From: Glaucostegus cemiculus
Lineage: Eukaryota
Length of the DNA: 64,000 bases
Assembly (NCBI GenBank): GCA_976551045.1
Contig: CDPCPM010000060.1
Coordinates: 26,412,001 to 26,476,000 of the forward strand
Reading direction: 5' to 3'
Below the pieces are notes generated by a model. It was not told the DNA's origin. It worked only from the letters and a program-made list of their open reading frames with translations, and ran no database searches. This document shows positions 13,111 to 26,499 of this stretch, one piece after another. Both the position numbers and the translations under genes were made by a program. Numbering within the stretch: position 1 is the first letter of the stretch; each line of letters starts with the position of its first letter.

Positions 13111-13489
13111 AGAGAAAAGGCAAGTTATTTATCAGTAGCGGAGGGAAACAAAGGGAATATCTCTGACATGGTGAGATCAAATGAGTTAATTTGGTAGTTA
13201 GAGTCAGATTGTGTATTTCTGTCTGTGTTAGGTGTGGCTCATAGTGGGGCTATGAGCCATTCTCAGCAGGCCAGACTATTCTAACGGAGAGAAGACTGTA
13301 TGACCATGTTGAGCACACAAACTGAATTTCTCCATAAAATGTAAATGGGTTATAATATCCGGTGTGGAACTCTGTCAGTTAAGGGATAATTACAAAACAT
13401 TGCAAATTATCCAATTTAACTGGAGAAACCAAAATCATCAATGCCTGAACTTTACCATAAAAATAAACTTTCTTCACTCAACAAAAGAA

Positions 13490-14170
13490 ACTGCAGATGC
13501 CAGAATCTAAAACAAACAAAAAAGAACGCTGGAAGAACTCGGTGGGTCAGGCAGCATCTGTGGAGGCAAAAGGTCAATGTTTTGGGTGGAGACTCTGCAT
13601 CAGGACAGACAGAGGAAGGGAAGGATTGCCTGTATGTAACAGTTCAAGGGGGGTTGTGATTGAGACTGGTAGGTGGGAGGTGGAACCAGACAGGGATGAT
13701 ATGATGGACACTTGGTACCAGGCGGGGAGAGGTAGAACAGATGTGGGAAGGTGATAGGTGGAACCAGATAGGGAGGGCGTGATGGGCAGATGAGAGGAGG
13801 TAAGGGTGGAAGTGAACAAAGGGAGAAGAGAGCTAGGTGAACAGGTGTGGGTAGAAGAACACCAGGGATGTTCATACCATTGGATGGCCAGCTCTCCAAG
13901 CAGATTATGAGGTGTTGTTCTTCCATTTTGTGTTTGGCCTCTCCGTTGCTATGGACAATCAGGTCAGTGTTGGAGTGGGTAGGAGAGTTAACATGACAAG
14001 CAACTAGAAGCTTGAGATGGCCATTGCGAACAAAGCACAGGTGGTCCACAAAATGGTTGCCTAGACTATGCTAGGTTTCACCAATGTAGCAGAAGCCACA
14101 TTATGAGCACTGAATGCACTAGACCAGGTCGGAGGGAGTGCAGGTGAACCTCTGCCTCGCTTGGAACTTT
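13490..14170 (-). mobile_element. Degenerate Penelope-like element (GIY-YIG endonuclease remnant plus terminal repeat)
   Basis: Minus strand near 14075-14128 reads LV*CIQCS*CGFCYIGET. ORF 13600-14049 begins with HL..V....L.VA.H.NS..HS..DL...EEQHLI..L...P.GMNI, typical of the Penelope GIY-YIG C-terminal part. Confidence 0.8.
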
Positions 14171-14799
14171 CTTCAATATCTCATTTTACACATCCACTTT
14201 ATTCTCTATCAAGTCCACGTCACCACCAGTTAATCTCTGGGAAGAACAGAGCAACAGTCTTTCCATATCATCAAATCTACCTGAAAAACTGAGCCAGCCT
14301 GTTCTGCAAGTTGTTGGTCATGTATGACCATAAGCTGAACATCTGACTCCAAACTGAACATCTGGGCCCATATTCCCTGGATCATAAAGATTGCCTATTT
14401 CCACCTCAATAACTTTCTCTCCCCACCCCTGCATCAGCTCAATGCTGGTCAACACCTATTGTTGTTTCAAACCATCCCATTACTCTCTTGGCTGGCTTCT
14501 CATCTTCCACCTTCCATAAGCCTGAGCTCATTCAACCTCTCCATCTGTACCTCAATCCCAACTGAGTCCAGTTTACACTCCCCTCTGTCCTTGTGGACCT
14601 ACTTCCCAATCTACCAATGCCTTGATTTTAAAATTCTCATGCATATGTTCTGCTAATTCCTTTAGCCACCTCCCTGAGAGCACAGCTTTCCCAAAATTTT
14701 GGCTTCTTATGCATCCCTGACGTCCTTCACTGGACACCAGGCACAAGGATTTACGTACTCTAAGTAGTGTCACAACCAATATTCAAACCTTAACCACCA

Positions 14800-14975
14800 T
14801 CATAATAAATAGACCACCTGATCATTGACACCTTGCCACTAGTGAGAGAATGCTTTGTGCAAGTTCCTACATTAAAAGGACAGTTACACTTTAAATAGTA
14901 TTGAATTGCCTTAAAGCATTTTGGGACATTCTGAGATTGTGAAAGGTGTTATCAAATGTATATTTATTTTCTGTA
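14800..14975 (+). mobile_element. DeuSINE/SacSINE-like 3' fragment
   Basis: TTCCTACATTA...GACAGTTACACTT...AAAGCATTTTGGGACATTCTGAGATTGTGAAAGG pattern; relatives at ~26380-26500, ~30890-31010 (-) and ~62120-62440. Family name from recall. Confidence 0.45.
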
Positions 14976-16061
14976 AACATCTCAACCTTTCAATCTTTTA
15001 AGGAGATCTTTAGATCCTGCCTCTTTGACCAAGATTTTGGTCACATACCCTAGTTGGTCCTTATTTTAAATATAAGTTTAAACCTAATTTTAAATCTAAT
15101 CATAGTTCTGGAATATTTGGAATATTTTACAAGAGCATTATATAAAGACAAATTTCCTTTTTGAGGCCAATAGGCATAACCAGCAATGGGTAAGCAATAA
15201 AAATATACTGTAAAGGGAAAGTTTATCACATATATTATATGTGAAATAAATATCTGCTCCAAAAGTAACTTAAAAATAAGTAATTCAGAATGTTTAACAT
15301 TCAGGATACAATCAGTTGATTTGCAAATTTCTCATTACAATTTTGTATGTATCATTTGTAAACTGATTGGAGTTTCCCTTTAAATTAATTACTCAGGAAG
15401 AATTGCAGCTGCACAGTAAATGATGCCTGGTAATTTCAGGTCAGTAACTTCAGCACCATTATAAGAAAATTATCATCATAATTTGTTTATAGTACATGGC
15501 TCTGAATCTCTTTGTATTTTATAGGATAAAATGCAAGTTCAGTTCCTGCAAATGCAGTTTACCTGGTGCACATCTGCTCAAGAGGAATAAAACATGTAAG
15601 TTGTCACATACTAACATTGTCTTTTCAGACTTGGCTGCACTTGTGGAAGTACTCTGAAATGTGATATATTAAAATATTTGCTTTTAAAGCCCCAGTGGTA
15701 CTCTGCATGGTAATGTATTGTGAAAAGTACTGGAATAGCAACTCAGAGGTTCAACTGATGCTCTTGCAGGATGCGAAATTTAATTTAATAAATGCTGTAA
15801 ACTATGTGCTCACACTAAGTAAAATGACCCAAAAGATGCAGACACAAGACAGGACAGATGCTGGAATCTGGAGCAACAAACAATCCGCTGGAGGAACTCG
15901 GCCTCTGTGGGTGAAAGGATGCAAAGGAAGCAACTGAATCTTGAAAAGAACCCAACGCAGTAAAGTGCACCGATTAAGGACATGAGCTAATCAAAACGTT
16001 TTGTCCCGGAAAGGTGTGCTGTTACTAAAAATATCATTAATAATAACTTACGTTTATAAAT

Positions 16062-16255
16062 AACAGAAATAAAAAATGCTGGAAGCACTCAGCAGGTCAG
16101 ACAGCATCCGTAGAAAGAGAAACAGAGTTAATATTTCAGGTTGAAGAGCATTTAGCTCTGTGTGCTCTGTTTCCTCTTCCACAGGAGCTGTCTGAAGTGC
16201 TGAGTGTTTCCAGCAGTTTCTGTTTTTATTTCAGATTTTCAGCATCTGCAGTTTT
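16062..16255. repeat. Foldback (head-to-head) Penelope-derived repeat
   Basis: AATGCTGGAAGCACTCAGCAGGTCAGACAGCATCCGTAGAAAGAGAAACAGAG followed by its approximate reverse complement. Confidence 0.75.
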
Positions 16256-17189
16256 GATTTGATTTGCATTTATAGGATCCCTTTAACATAGCAAGACATC
16301 TTAAAGCAGTTCATAAGAGCACAGCAAACAAAATTTGAAACGGAGCCACCTAAGGAAATACTAAGGGCTGGCATAAGAAGTAGTCTTTAAAAGAGTAATG
16401 ATAGAGAGAGGTTTAAGAAGGTAGCTTGGGCAGAGAGACTGGACAACTGAAGACAGAGCCAAGAATGACAGGGCAAAATAAACTGTGGATTGTGTACAAG
16501 AACTGAAATGGAAAAGATGTAAAGAATTCCCCACTGGGAGGGGGTTACAGAGGTAGGGAAGGGTGAGTTCATTTAGAGATTGGAATATGAAGATCAATAT
16601 CTTAAAAACAACATGTTGCCTGACCAGTAGGGGTGCATGTTTGTACTGAAAATGATGCCGTCATTTCACACTGAAAGGCTTGAGTCATTTTAGTTTTAGT
16701 GGTGCTAATGACTTAAGATGGAAATTATAATTAGTTTTGTGATTGCTGCAAAAATAATTCAGGTAATTTATTCATCTAATCATTTAACCCAATTCCTCGC
16801 ATGATTATTTAGACTACAAAGGGGACTTTGTACTTACAATAGTTCTCAACTCTGAAAAGACAAAATGTTCTATGCATATATTACACAAGGGGTACTTGTG
16901 AATTGTTATGCCATGAGAATAAACTTCAAAACTCTCTTGTGTCTTCATTAATTATGGGTTGAACGGTTTTCTACAGTATTGGGATAAAAAAATAAATAAT
17001 GTTAAATTTTTTAAAAACATCTAGTGCACAGATACAAAATGATACACTAGACATACTGCTAAACTTGGACTTAAATTCAAATATTACAGTTCAAAACAAT
17101 TGCAACAATACAAAATGACTGAAAGTTATTCAATCAACTGGATTTATCACAATGAGGAACAGAAGTGGTACTTAATATCAATTTTCTTA

Positions 17190-17255
17190 TCTTTGGTATT
17201 GGTTTATTATTGTCACTTGTACTGAGGTACAGTGAAAAGCTTGTCTTACAAAAGC
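17190..17255 (-). mobile_element. Short 3' tail of the Rex1/Babar-like LINE
   Basis: Reverse complement of 19143-19200 (CAAGCTTTTCACTGTACCT..GTACAAGTGACAATAA.AAACCAATACC). Confidence 0.75.
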
Positions 17256-17464
17256 TTGTCTCAAGAATGTATTAAGATGGACTAGTAATCAGTTGGGAGT
17301 TAACAACAGTTTATCTTTCACTTAAACATGCAGTATTTGGGGTTTAATGACTATTCATACCCTGGTATCACTGGACTAACATAACCATGTAGTATATGCA
17401 GGTTACTGGAAACAGAAGTGCTCTATCAATGTGAACTTCCTCATGAACAATAGAACATATCAAT

Positions 17465-17712
17465 TTAATTTAATTTAATTTACAGCGTGGTAACAGGCCT
17501 TTTCGGCCCAATGAGTCCGCACCGCCCATTTTAAACCCCCAAATTAACCTACCCCTACGTCTTTCAGAATGTGGGGGGAAACTGGAGCACCCGGAGGAAA
17601 CCCACGCAGACACGGGAGAACGTACAAACTCCTTACAGTCAGCAATGGGAATCGAACCCCTGATCGCTGGCGCTGTAACATCGTCATGCTAACTGCTACG
17701 CTATCGTGCCGC
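17465..17712 (-). mobile_element. tRNA-derived V-SINE with CR1-type tail (HE1-like)
   Basis: Minus strand has a tRNA-like head with B box GGTTCGATTCC, V domain TGGGTTTCCTCCGGGTGCTCCAGTTTCC and tail TGGGCCGAAAAGGCCTGTTACCACGCTGTA(AATTA)n. Confidence 0.85.
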
Positions 17713-18237
17713 ATATTGTCAACTACTTCCCTGAAATAGAATTAAAAGAACCAGAAAGAAAGACAATTTATGAAAAATTATTCTCTATTCTGTGTTCTGT
17801 CCAAGGATGTGCCCAATGTCTCCTTGAAGAAATATAACATCCCCACTGACTGCTGGGGATCCCTACACCATGAATGCTCAAGTGGAGAAGGAGGATTTGG
17901 GATGGTATAGAGAACCTTGGGTTCACATACCAGGACATCACAGAAACCTTGCATATGTGGTAGAAGGACAAATTACCCACTCACTCACTTTCAGCCATCT
18001 CCTGCCCCATCTGCGGAAGGGCCTGTGGTTCTCATATTGGCCTCATCAGCTCATCAGAAACTCAGACATCTGGAATGGAAGCAATCTTAGCACAAAGTGT
18101 TGATGGACGAAGTCACTTGCTGCATCCTTAATCTCGAGTCTGCCTGAGAAGAAGAAAATTTATGATGAATGTCGGCAAGTATTAATAAAAACAAAATTAA
18201 TTACTGCATTGCAGATATGTTTACAATCTTAGTTAAA

Positions 18238-19210
18238 TACAATAATCCCAAGCAAGCTTGTTGCCAAACTCCAAGACCTAGGACTCAACACCTCCCTCTG
18301 TAACTGGATCCTTGACTTTCTAACAAACAGACCACAATCAGTGGGGATAGACAGCAATACCTCTGGCACGATTATTCTCAACACTGGTGCCCCACAAGGC
18401 TGCATCCTCAGCCCTCTACTCTATTCCCTATACACTCATGACTGTCTGACCAGATTCTGCTCTAACACCATCTACAAGCTTGCAGATGATACCACCATTG
18501 TAGGCTATATCTCAAACGGTGATGAGTCGGAGTACAGGAAGGAGATAAAGAGCCTAGTGGCATAGTGTCATGACAACAACCTTTCCCTCAATGTCAACAA
18601 AACAAAAGAGCTGGTCATTGACTTCAGGAAAGGGAGTGGTGTACATGCACCTGTCTTCATCAATGGTGCTGAGGTCGAGAGGGTGGAGAGCTTCATGTTC
18701 CTGGGAGTGAACATCACCAACAGCCTGTCCTGGTCAAATCACGTAGATGCCACAGCCAAGAAAGCTCACCAGTGCCTCAGGAGGCTAAAGAAATTTGGCA
18801 TGTCCCCTTTGACTCTCACCAACTTTTACCAATGCACCATCCTATCTGGATGTATCACAGCTTGGTATGGCAACAGCTCCGCCTAGGACCACAAGAAACT
18901 GCAGAGAGTTGTGGACACAGCCCAGTGCATTACAGAAACCAGCCTCCCCTCCTTGGACTCTGCCTTTACCTCTCATTGTCTTGGTGAAGCAGCCAGCATA
19001 ATCAAAGACCCCACCCACCCAGGACATTCTCTCTCTGTAGCTGTGACACTTTACTCTGTACTGTTATTTGTTTTACTTGTACTACATCAATGTACTAACT
19101 CAATGTAACTGCACTGTGTAATGAATTGACCTGTACAATCAGTTTGTAAAGCAAGCTTTTCACTGTACCTTGGTACAAGTGACAATAACAAACCAATACC
19201 GATACCAAAT
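18238..19210 (+). mobile_element. 5'-truncated Rex1/Babar-like LINE, reverse transcriptase pseudogene
   Basis: [21 protein letters not shown]...KLADDTT RT motifs, then FLGVNITNSLSW and DPTHPGHSL; in-frame stops and deletions; 3' tail ends in CCAATA-like repeats. Confidence 0.9.
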
Positions 19211-19236
19211 AAGTCACTATCATGAACCAAACCATA

Positions 19237-19401
19237 NNNNNNNNNNNNNNNNNNNNNNNNNNNNNNNNNNNNNNNNNNNNNNNNNNNNNNNNNNNNNNNN
19301 NNNNNNNNNNNNNNNNNNNNNNNNNNNNNNNNNNNNNNNNNNNNNNNNNNNNNNNNNNNNNNNNNNNNNNNNNNNNNNNNNNNNNNNNNNNNNNNNNNNN
19401 N
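19237..19401. other. Assembly gap
   Basis: Run of N. Confidence 1.
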
Positions 19402-22155
19402 CAACAACAACTTGTACTTATATATATGCTTCACAAGAGCATTGTTAAACAAACTGACTTTTGGCCACACAATTATATATTAGGGAGCTTGGTCATAAAC
19501 TTGATCAAATAAGTCATTACCAAAGAACATCTTAGTGGAGATAAGAAAGGCAAAATAGTTTAGTGAGGGAATTCCAGAATGCTGACTGCTGAAGGCATTG
19601 CCACCATGATCAAATAATTAACTACAAGAACAAGCAAAAGGTCTGTATTAGAGGAGCATGGATATCCTGGAGATTTACTGGGTTGAAGAACATTACAGAT
19701 TAAGGGATAGAGAGGGGGCAAGGAGTGATTTGTAAACAAGGACACAAATTTTTAAAACTTTTATTTTTCAATTTGAAAAACTGAAACTTTGGAGCTTACT
19801 AGATCAATTTGCCTTTATACAGAAACTTTGATGTTGTAAATTTTCCCAAGGCAGTATGCAGGAACATCATCAAACAAAATTGGACACCCAGCTACAGAAG
19901 GACACGTGAGGACAGATGACCCAAAATTTGATCAATGACCACATAAATAGTAACACAGTGCCAGGGTCTGACGTCTCCATAAACTAATCCAGCACAACTC
20001 TTCCACTTCTAACATTTTTAAAGGTCCACAACCCACTTATAACTTCACATATTTTCAGCATTTTGTTGCTGCTACATAATATTGAAATTCCAAATTGAAA
20101 TGGGAGCAATGGGTGAAAGTGAACTGATGCGAAATTCCCTTCCCTTTTGCAGATGTAGTGGTATTAAAAGCCTTTAATAATTATTTTACATTTTGCAACT
20201 ATCACAGTTCTTCTGGTACTGGTTATTCCTATATCATGAGATGATACAGTGATACAAAAGCAATCATGGTAAGTCTTCTGTTACATTGCACCTTTGAATA
20301 TGAAGTCATCATTTACAAAGGAGTGCCAAAATGGATAGATATTATAGATATTACTATGCTGCAGTGCTTCTGAATGCACCAATCACAATAGCATCAACAA
20401 TCTTATGTACACTTAAGAGAGCAGCTACTTTGAGTTAGGGGTTTTGGTAACACTTGTGTAATCTGAGCTCTCAAACAGTCTCACTAGACCTAACATATTC
20501 CAAAACGGATAATGAGGGGCTGATTGGAACACATGGTGAGGACAGATATCTCAGCATGCTGAGCCCTGTGAACTGTAGGAAGTGTGCATTAAACTGTACT
20601 AATCTAGGAAACAGTTGAAAAATTATATCTAATAATACATTTTACTAGCTTTGCTTTCAAATAGAAAATCAAACTAATATATTACTGATTGCACAGCAAA
20701 TGTGATTTTATATATCAATATTATCTTATTATTTACCTTTGCAAAATTTATTTTCCAATATTTGAAAAGCTATACAACCATAAATTTGATATCTTTTCTT
20801 TACTACGAAGATTAAAAATATATGGGGCAAAGGCAAAAATTGGTTAAAGAGTTCCAGTTGATATCATATAATGTTTTATCCAACTGCATAAACTGGTGGT
20901 ATTCTGTGACTGGACGTCTATTAGCATAACACTATCATATTACTTAGAAAAATCTTGTATCCATTACAAACAAATAAGCCCAACAAGTCCTATCCTTTTC
21001 CGTGAAATAAGCCCAACCCAAAACCTTTGTTGTTGCTTTTGTCTTTTATTCAACCCAAACCTCTGTGTCTTGGTTTCTGACATCCTGTCCAGTGTCCTTC
21101 TACCTAGACCCATCTGTTACAATTATTTGATGAATCAATCCAATTCCCATCTGAATGCATCAACCGACTCATTATAATTGCACTAGGTGGCAGTCTATTC
21201 CATAAGTCAGCAATTACCAGGAAAGTTTATTTAAAAGTTAGGTTTAGCTCTTGATTACTTTGGTTTATTATTCTCTCCTATGCCTCTTCTATGCTTTAGA
21301 TCTGCCTCAGCAATTTTCTTCATTATATTAAAAACCTGGCTCCCATCCCACATATTTTTTTCCACAGTTGGAGTTGGTTCAGTTTCTTTAATCTTGCTGT
21401 TTCACAATGATCTAAACCTAAAATTATCTGAGTTTCCCAATAGCACAGTGGGTAATGTATCACATGATGTGTGGTTTACTACAAAGACAAGAAGCCCTCA
21501 GAACTGATTCCTGCTTTGAGCTGAGCTGGCTCATCCAAACCAGGTCAGATGTTGTGTAATTACAATTATCCTTGGTGACTCTGAGACAGAAAGGAGGAAA
21601 TAATTTAATATTCCTGCCACCAAACATTTAGAAGCATGGACTTTATCTGAGTACAGAACTGGAGCGAGCTCAGATGCGTTTTGTGAATAACCCTTCCGAA
21701 ACTAAAAATCCAGTCGCACTGCAGAAAGATGCTCGAGTACAATGTTTTGGATAGTGGGACTGCTGATGGAATTGTACCCATCGTAAATCACTGCCTTCAG
21801 AAGAGAAAGGAACAGAATTGAAGGGTAGTAAAAAACATAATAATACAGCTGTAGGTTAGACAAAAGCAATAAAAATCATCACATCTGCATTCTGTTTCTG
21901 GATGTAGACTTTGATTATACACTTCACATTGCAACTCAATTAGGCAACAACATGATATGGTTATTACGTAATAAGAAAGTTTATTTTACACTATTTAATA
22001 CTGCTATATATAAAATGTTGCATCTGATGCACACTCAGTGTGTCACTCTTTCTGTACCCTGCTTCAGGAATTGCCTTGAGGTCATTATGTCATGGGTATA
22101 TGTACATTTCTTGGAAATCAGTCCTTCAAGGATAAGAATATTGTGACTTTACAAG

Positions 22156-22477
22156 TCATTGGTGAGACCACCTTTGGAGTATTGTGCATAGTTCTGGTCG
22201 CCCAGCTACAAGAAAGATGTCATCGAGCTGGAAAGGGTGCAGAAAAGATTCACAGGGGGCTTGAGTTATAAGGAGAGGCTGGATAGGCTGGGATGTTTTT
22301 TTTTCCCTGGAGCATAGGAGGGGTGATTTTATAGAGGTGTATAAAATCATGAGGGGTGTAATAAAGTGCATGGTCCAAATCATTATCCCGGGGTAAGGGA
22401 GTCTAAAACTAAATGACGTAGATTTGTTGTGAGAGGGGAAAAATTTTAAAGGGACCTGAGAGGAAATTTTCCACACA
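22156..22477 (+). mobile_element. CR1 LINE fragment (ORF2 C-terminus)
   Basis: TTGGTGAGACCACCTTTGGAGTATTGTGCATAGTTCTGGTCGCCC encodes an LVRPxLEYCxxFWSP-like CR1 motif; interrupted at 22477 by the next element. Confidence 0.85.
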
Positions 22478-23607
22478 GAATCAGAATCAGAATCAGTTTT
22501 ATTGTCACAACCATATACATACATAGTATGCATAGGAGCGAGATACCGTCCTCCTCAGGTGCTCGTCCCATAAAATAACATAACAACCAACAGAGACACA
22601 TATACGCACTTGACAGAATAAACATTACAAAACATTAGACATTAAAAGCTATGGAAGTTAAAATTAAATTAGTACGCAGATTAAATTAAAAATGGCCGGT
22701 AAATAAATAAATAGTTATTAAAGTGAATGGGCTGGTGTTTGGCATTTAAAGTGCTGGTGCATTTCTGTGCACCTAGCATCTATTAGTGTTAACAAAGGAA
22801 GATGGAGGGATGAGAGAGTTTGCAGTTCTGATGGCTTGCGGAAAGAAGCTATTGTTCAGCCTGGTTGTTCTTGCCCTGATACATTTAAGCCTTCTCCCTG
22901 ATGGCAAAATTGTGAAGAGGTGGTGGGAGGGGTGAGAAGGGTCGGCCATTATGCTTTTGGTCTTCCTCACACAACGGTCTTTGTACATGTCTGCGAGGGA
23001 TGGAAGCAAGACACCTATGATCCACTCCGCAGCCCTAACGATCTTCTGGAGGGACTTCCGCCCAGCAGCTGAGCAGCTTCCAAACCAAACAGTGATACAT
23101 TGAGTTAGGATGCTCTCAATGGTCCCCCTATAGAAGGTTTTCATGACGGAGGGATGGGGGTATGCTTTCCTCAGTCTCCGCAGGAAGTAGAGGTGTTTCT
23201 GAGCTTTCTTCGTGAGGGCCATAATGTTAGTGGACCAGGTCAGGTCGTCGGTGATGTGCACCCCCAGGAACTTGGTGCTGCGTACTTGTTCCACAGCAGA
23301 CCCATTGATGGTCAGCAGGGCGTGCACACGGTGACCCCTCCTAAAATCCACTATCATCTCCTTGGTTTTATCCACATTCAAGGAGAGGTTGTTGTCATGG
23401 CACCACACGGCTAGTTGTTTCACCTCCTCTCTGTAGTCCGACTCATCGTCATTCGTGACAAGACCCACCACTGTCATATCATCGGCAAATTTAACAATGT
23501 GGTTGGAGCTGGATCTGGCCTCACAGTTGTGAGTCAACAAGGTGAACAGGAGCGGACTGAGCACACAACCCTGTGGGGAGCCAGTGCTCAGTGTGATGGT
23601 GCTTGAT
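22478..23607 (-). mobile_element. Young 5'-truncated Rex1/Babar-like LINE with uninterrupted RT C-terminal frame
   Basis: TGSPQGCVLSPLLFTLLTHNC, KFADD, KFLGVHI and DPSHPSHHLFTILPSGRR in ORF 22773-23666; (ATTCTG)n tail at 22478-22496. Confidence 0.93.
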
Positions 23608-23828
23608 TCTCCCCGTGTGTCGGCATAGATTTCCTCCGGGTGCTTCAGTTTCCTCCCACATTCCAAAGACCAACAGGTTAAGAGCCTGTGGACATGCTAT
23701 GTTGGCACCGGAAGAGTAGTGACACTTGCGGGCTGCCCCCAGCACATTCTCAGTAACGCAAAAGGATACGTTTCACTGTGTGTTTCAATGTACATGTGAC
23801 TAATAAATAAATAAATATCTTATCTTAC
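23608..23828 (+). mobile_element. Headless V-SINE with Rex/Babar-like tail
   Basis: Matches 28343-28555 (V domain, TTTCACTGTGTGTTTCAATGTACATGTGACTAATAAA); tRNA head absent. Confidence 0.85.
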
Positions 23829-25239
23829 AAAAAGGAAAATTATATTGAGCATAAGACAACATTCTTTTTTGTAGTGCCTTGAACAAAACCAAACATTCCA
23901 AAGAGCTTTGCAGGAACTTAATCAGATCAGAATCAATATCAAAGCAACAAAGACTTTAGAGAAGAGACCAAAACCTTGGTCAAGGTTTTAAGTAGGACCC
24001 TGAGGAGAAAGGAGGTGTAGCAAGGCAGAGAGGCTGAGGTGGGAATTCCAATGTTCTGAAGCAAAGCTGCCAATGGTGGAGTAGTGGGAATGGTCATTGC
24101 ACACTCAAAGGTAGATCAGCACAAATTTCTTGAAGGGTAGGGGAATGTATTGTATTTGGCTTGCAGGAGTTTGCAGGCATGAAGAGGAACTCAGTTTACT
24201 TGAACACAAGGATAAGAATTTTTAGATCGATTCTGCACTCCGTTTGATTGGTCAGCTGTGCCTGATGTGTTCCTAGAGTACCTGGGCCTGTTCCATGGTA
24301 GTTCTCGACTGAAGGTCAGGGCCATGTGTACAGCGTTCCCCGGTACCAACCCTTTTGCCACAGTGGCTCCGTGTTAGTTACACATGAACTCCTAAAAAAA
24401 CTCCCTCAAAAATGCCCAACACAGCCTGGGGTTGGATGTAAATCAGTTCTAACCAACTTGGGTCTCTTCTCTGACTTGAGTACCTAGAAATTAGATGCGC
24501 TTATCCACATCTTTATGCCTAACTTGTACATATTTTTCATTGCTCAAATACGCTAGTGATCATTTCCAGGTCAAACAGTAATCATCTAGAACCTGGCCTG
24601 GACATATCTGGGAGTGACTCACCCTAACACAGCTGACGTTTGCTATCAGTCACACCCCTAATAACATCACAGATTGAGCAACACATATTTTCTCCACCAC
24701 CAGCATAAATTGGAGGCTCTGGAAGCACCTACAACCTTTGATGTCCACTGACAAATAAGAGAACTGTGTACAGTGAATGAGATGGCATACAAAGGGTCTC
24801 TGCACTACCACATCAATATCTTGCACACAATATCTGTTGTCCTCTGTATTCTACAGTCAGCATTATGGAGAACTCTTCAGTGGTTCCCTTCTTCAGTCAT
24901 AGCCTTCCTTAAAACATCAGCTTGCTGTGATCAGACCTCACCTCACAGTGGTTTAGGGACACTATGTATGGGAATCAATCTTGCCGTTGTCAATCACGTG
25001 CAGAAGCACCATGTTCTTGCTCCTCTGAATTTTCCTTGCCACCATGCTATTGTTACCTTCAGTTAATATTTTCCAATTTCATGAATATTTTTGGAGGGTT
25101 TGATTGTGTATTAGTATGTGTGTTTAATGCACCAGAAAACGGGCACTGGAGTACACCAGGCCTCTAGACTCCCTCAAAATCACCCTCTCCATCCCATTTT
25201 AAATCAGAAGATTTAATTATATTACTGGGAGTTAATTGC

Positions 25240-25485
25240 AGCAGGCACAAGGGAACGCCACCACCTGGAGTTTCCCCTCCGCCCTGAATTGGAAATATAT
25301 CACCAGTCCTTCCCCATCACTGGGTCCAAGTGCTGGAACTCCCTCCCTACCAGCATTACTGTGGGTGTACATTCACCAGAAGAACTGCAATGGTTCAAGG
25401 TAGCTTGGTAAAACATCTTCAGGGTATTTAGGGATGGGGAATAAATGCTGGTCTTGCCTACGATGTCCAGATTCTGATAATGAAT
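25240..25485 (+). mobile_element. LINE 3' end fragment
   Basis: Same family as 1010-1200, better preserved. Confidence 0.6.
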
Positions 25486-26499
25486 TTAAGAAAGGCATCC
25501 ACCCATAGTCATGCACTACAGTTCCACCAGGATAAGTACAAACTCACCATGAGCAATGCCATATGTGATCTGTTAGTATAATAGCTAATACCTGAAACCC
25601 ACAACCCAATTCTGTCATCTGCCGCACTCTCCCTATTTATACACTGTAGTGCTCAAACTTCAGTTAACTGCCACTTTTATAATGATATGAAGCAATTTTG
25701 AGTGCTTCTTCATATGAAACTGTCAACATACCTTCTGTGTGAGACTGACAACCTACTTTGCAAGTACACCAAGCATGTGGTTATGATGTCAGTTTGGTAG
25801 CATTATCAAGTGACTTCTTCTTCACTGCAACTAAGAGTGACAGTATAACTCAGGTCAGACCAGAGGCAGGTTCTAATCTGGCTTCAATATGCAATGATCT
25901 GTTATTCTATCAGAGAAGCTATCAAGCTCTGCTTAGGCTTGACACTGGCTGGAATATGCATCTTCACGTTGTTGAACGAGCTTTAAAAAATGCTGAGAGT
26001 CTTTCATTTTTCCTTTGTACATTTAAACTAAGCTTCCTTGTGTATGTGCATGAAGATCAGAGTCCACCAAATGGCAGCAGAAAGTTTCTTGACACCAGGA
26101 GAAGGTATCTCTGTTCACTGCATTAAATGGATGTTTGATTCCAGTTTGCAATCAGACCAGTACCACGTACCAGCAATGGTACCATTCTAGCTCAGATCCT
26201 TTAGGATGTGGATTCAAGCACCATTCCAGATACTTGGATATGACTCTCCTTTCTCAGGACATGACTCCTGAGAAAGTGCCAACTTTTGGAAAAGGGAGGC
26301 CCAGCAGTTTGATGTAAAAGATCCTGGGCACTAGTTTAAAGGACAGTTCCACTCTCCAATACAGAGCCCTCAATAATTACCAATGATTCAGATTATCTGG
26401 TCATTATTTCATTGCTGTTTGTGACACTTGGTTTTAATAGTACTTCGAAAAGTACTTCACTTGCTGTAATGTGCTTTGGAATGCCCAGAGATCATAACA

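Noticed and set aside
20971-21017. Short direct repeat AAATAAGCCCAAC x2
   Set aside because: Only two 13-bp copies with no context; not an array and likely a chance micro-duplication.
22773-23666. 297-aa ORF as a host gene
   Set aside because: It is a LINE reverse transcriptase fragment. Its first ~19 residues come from the antisense strand of the adjacent SINE, so the ORF is chimeric.
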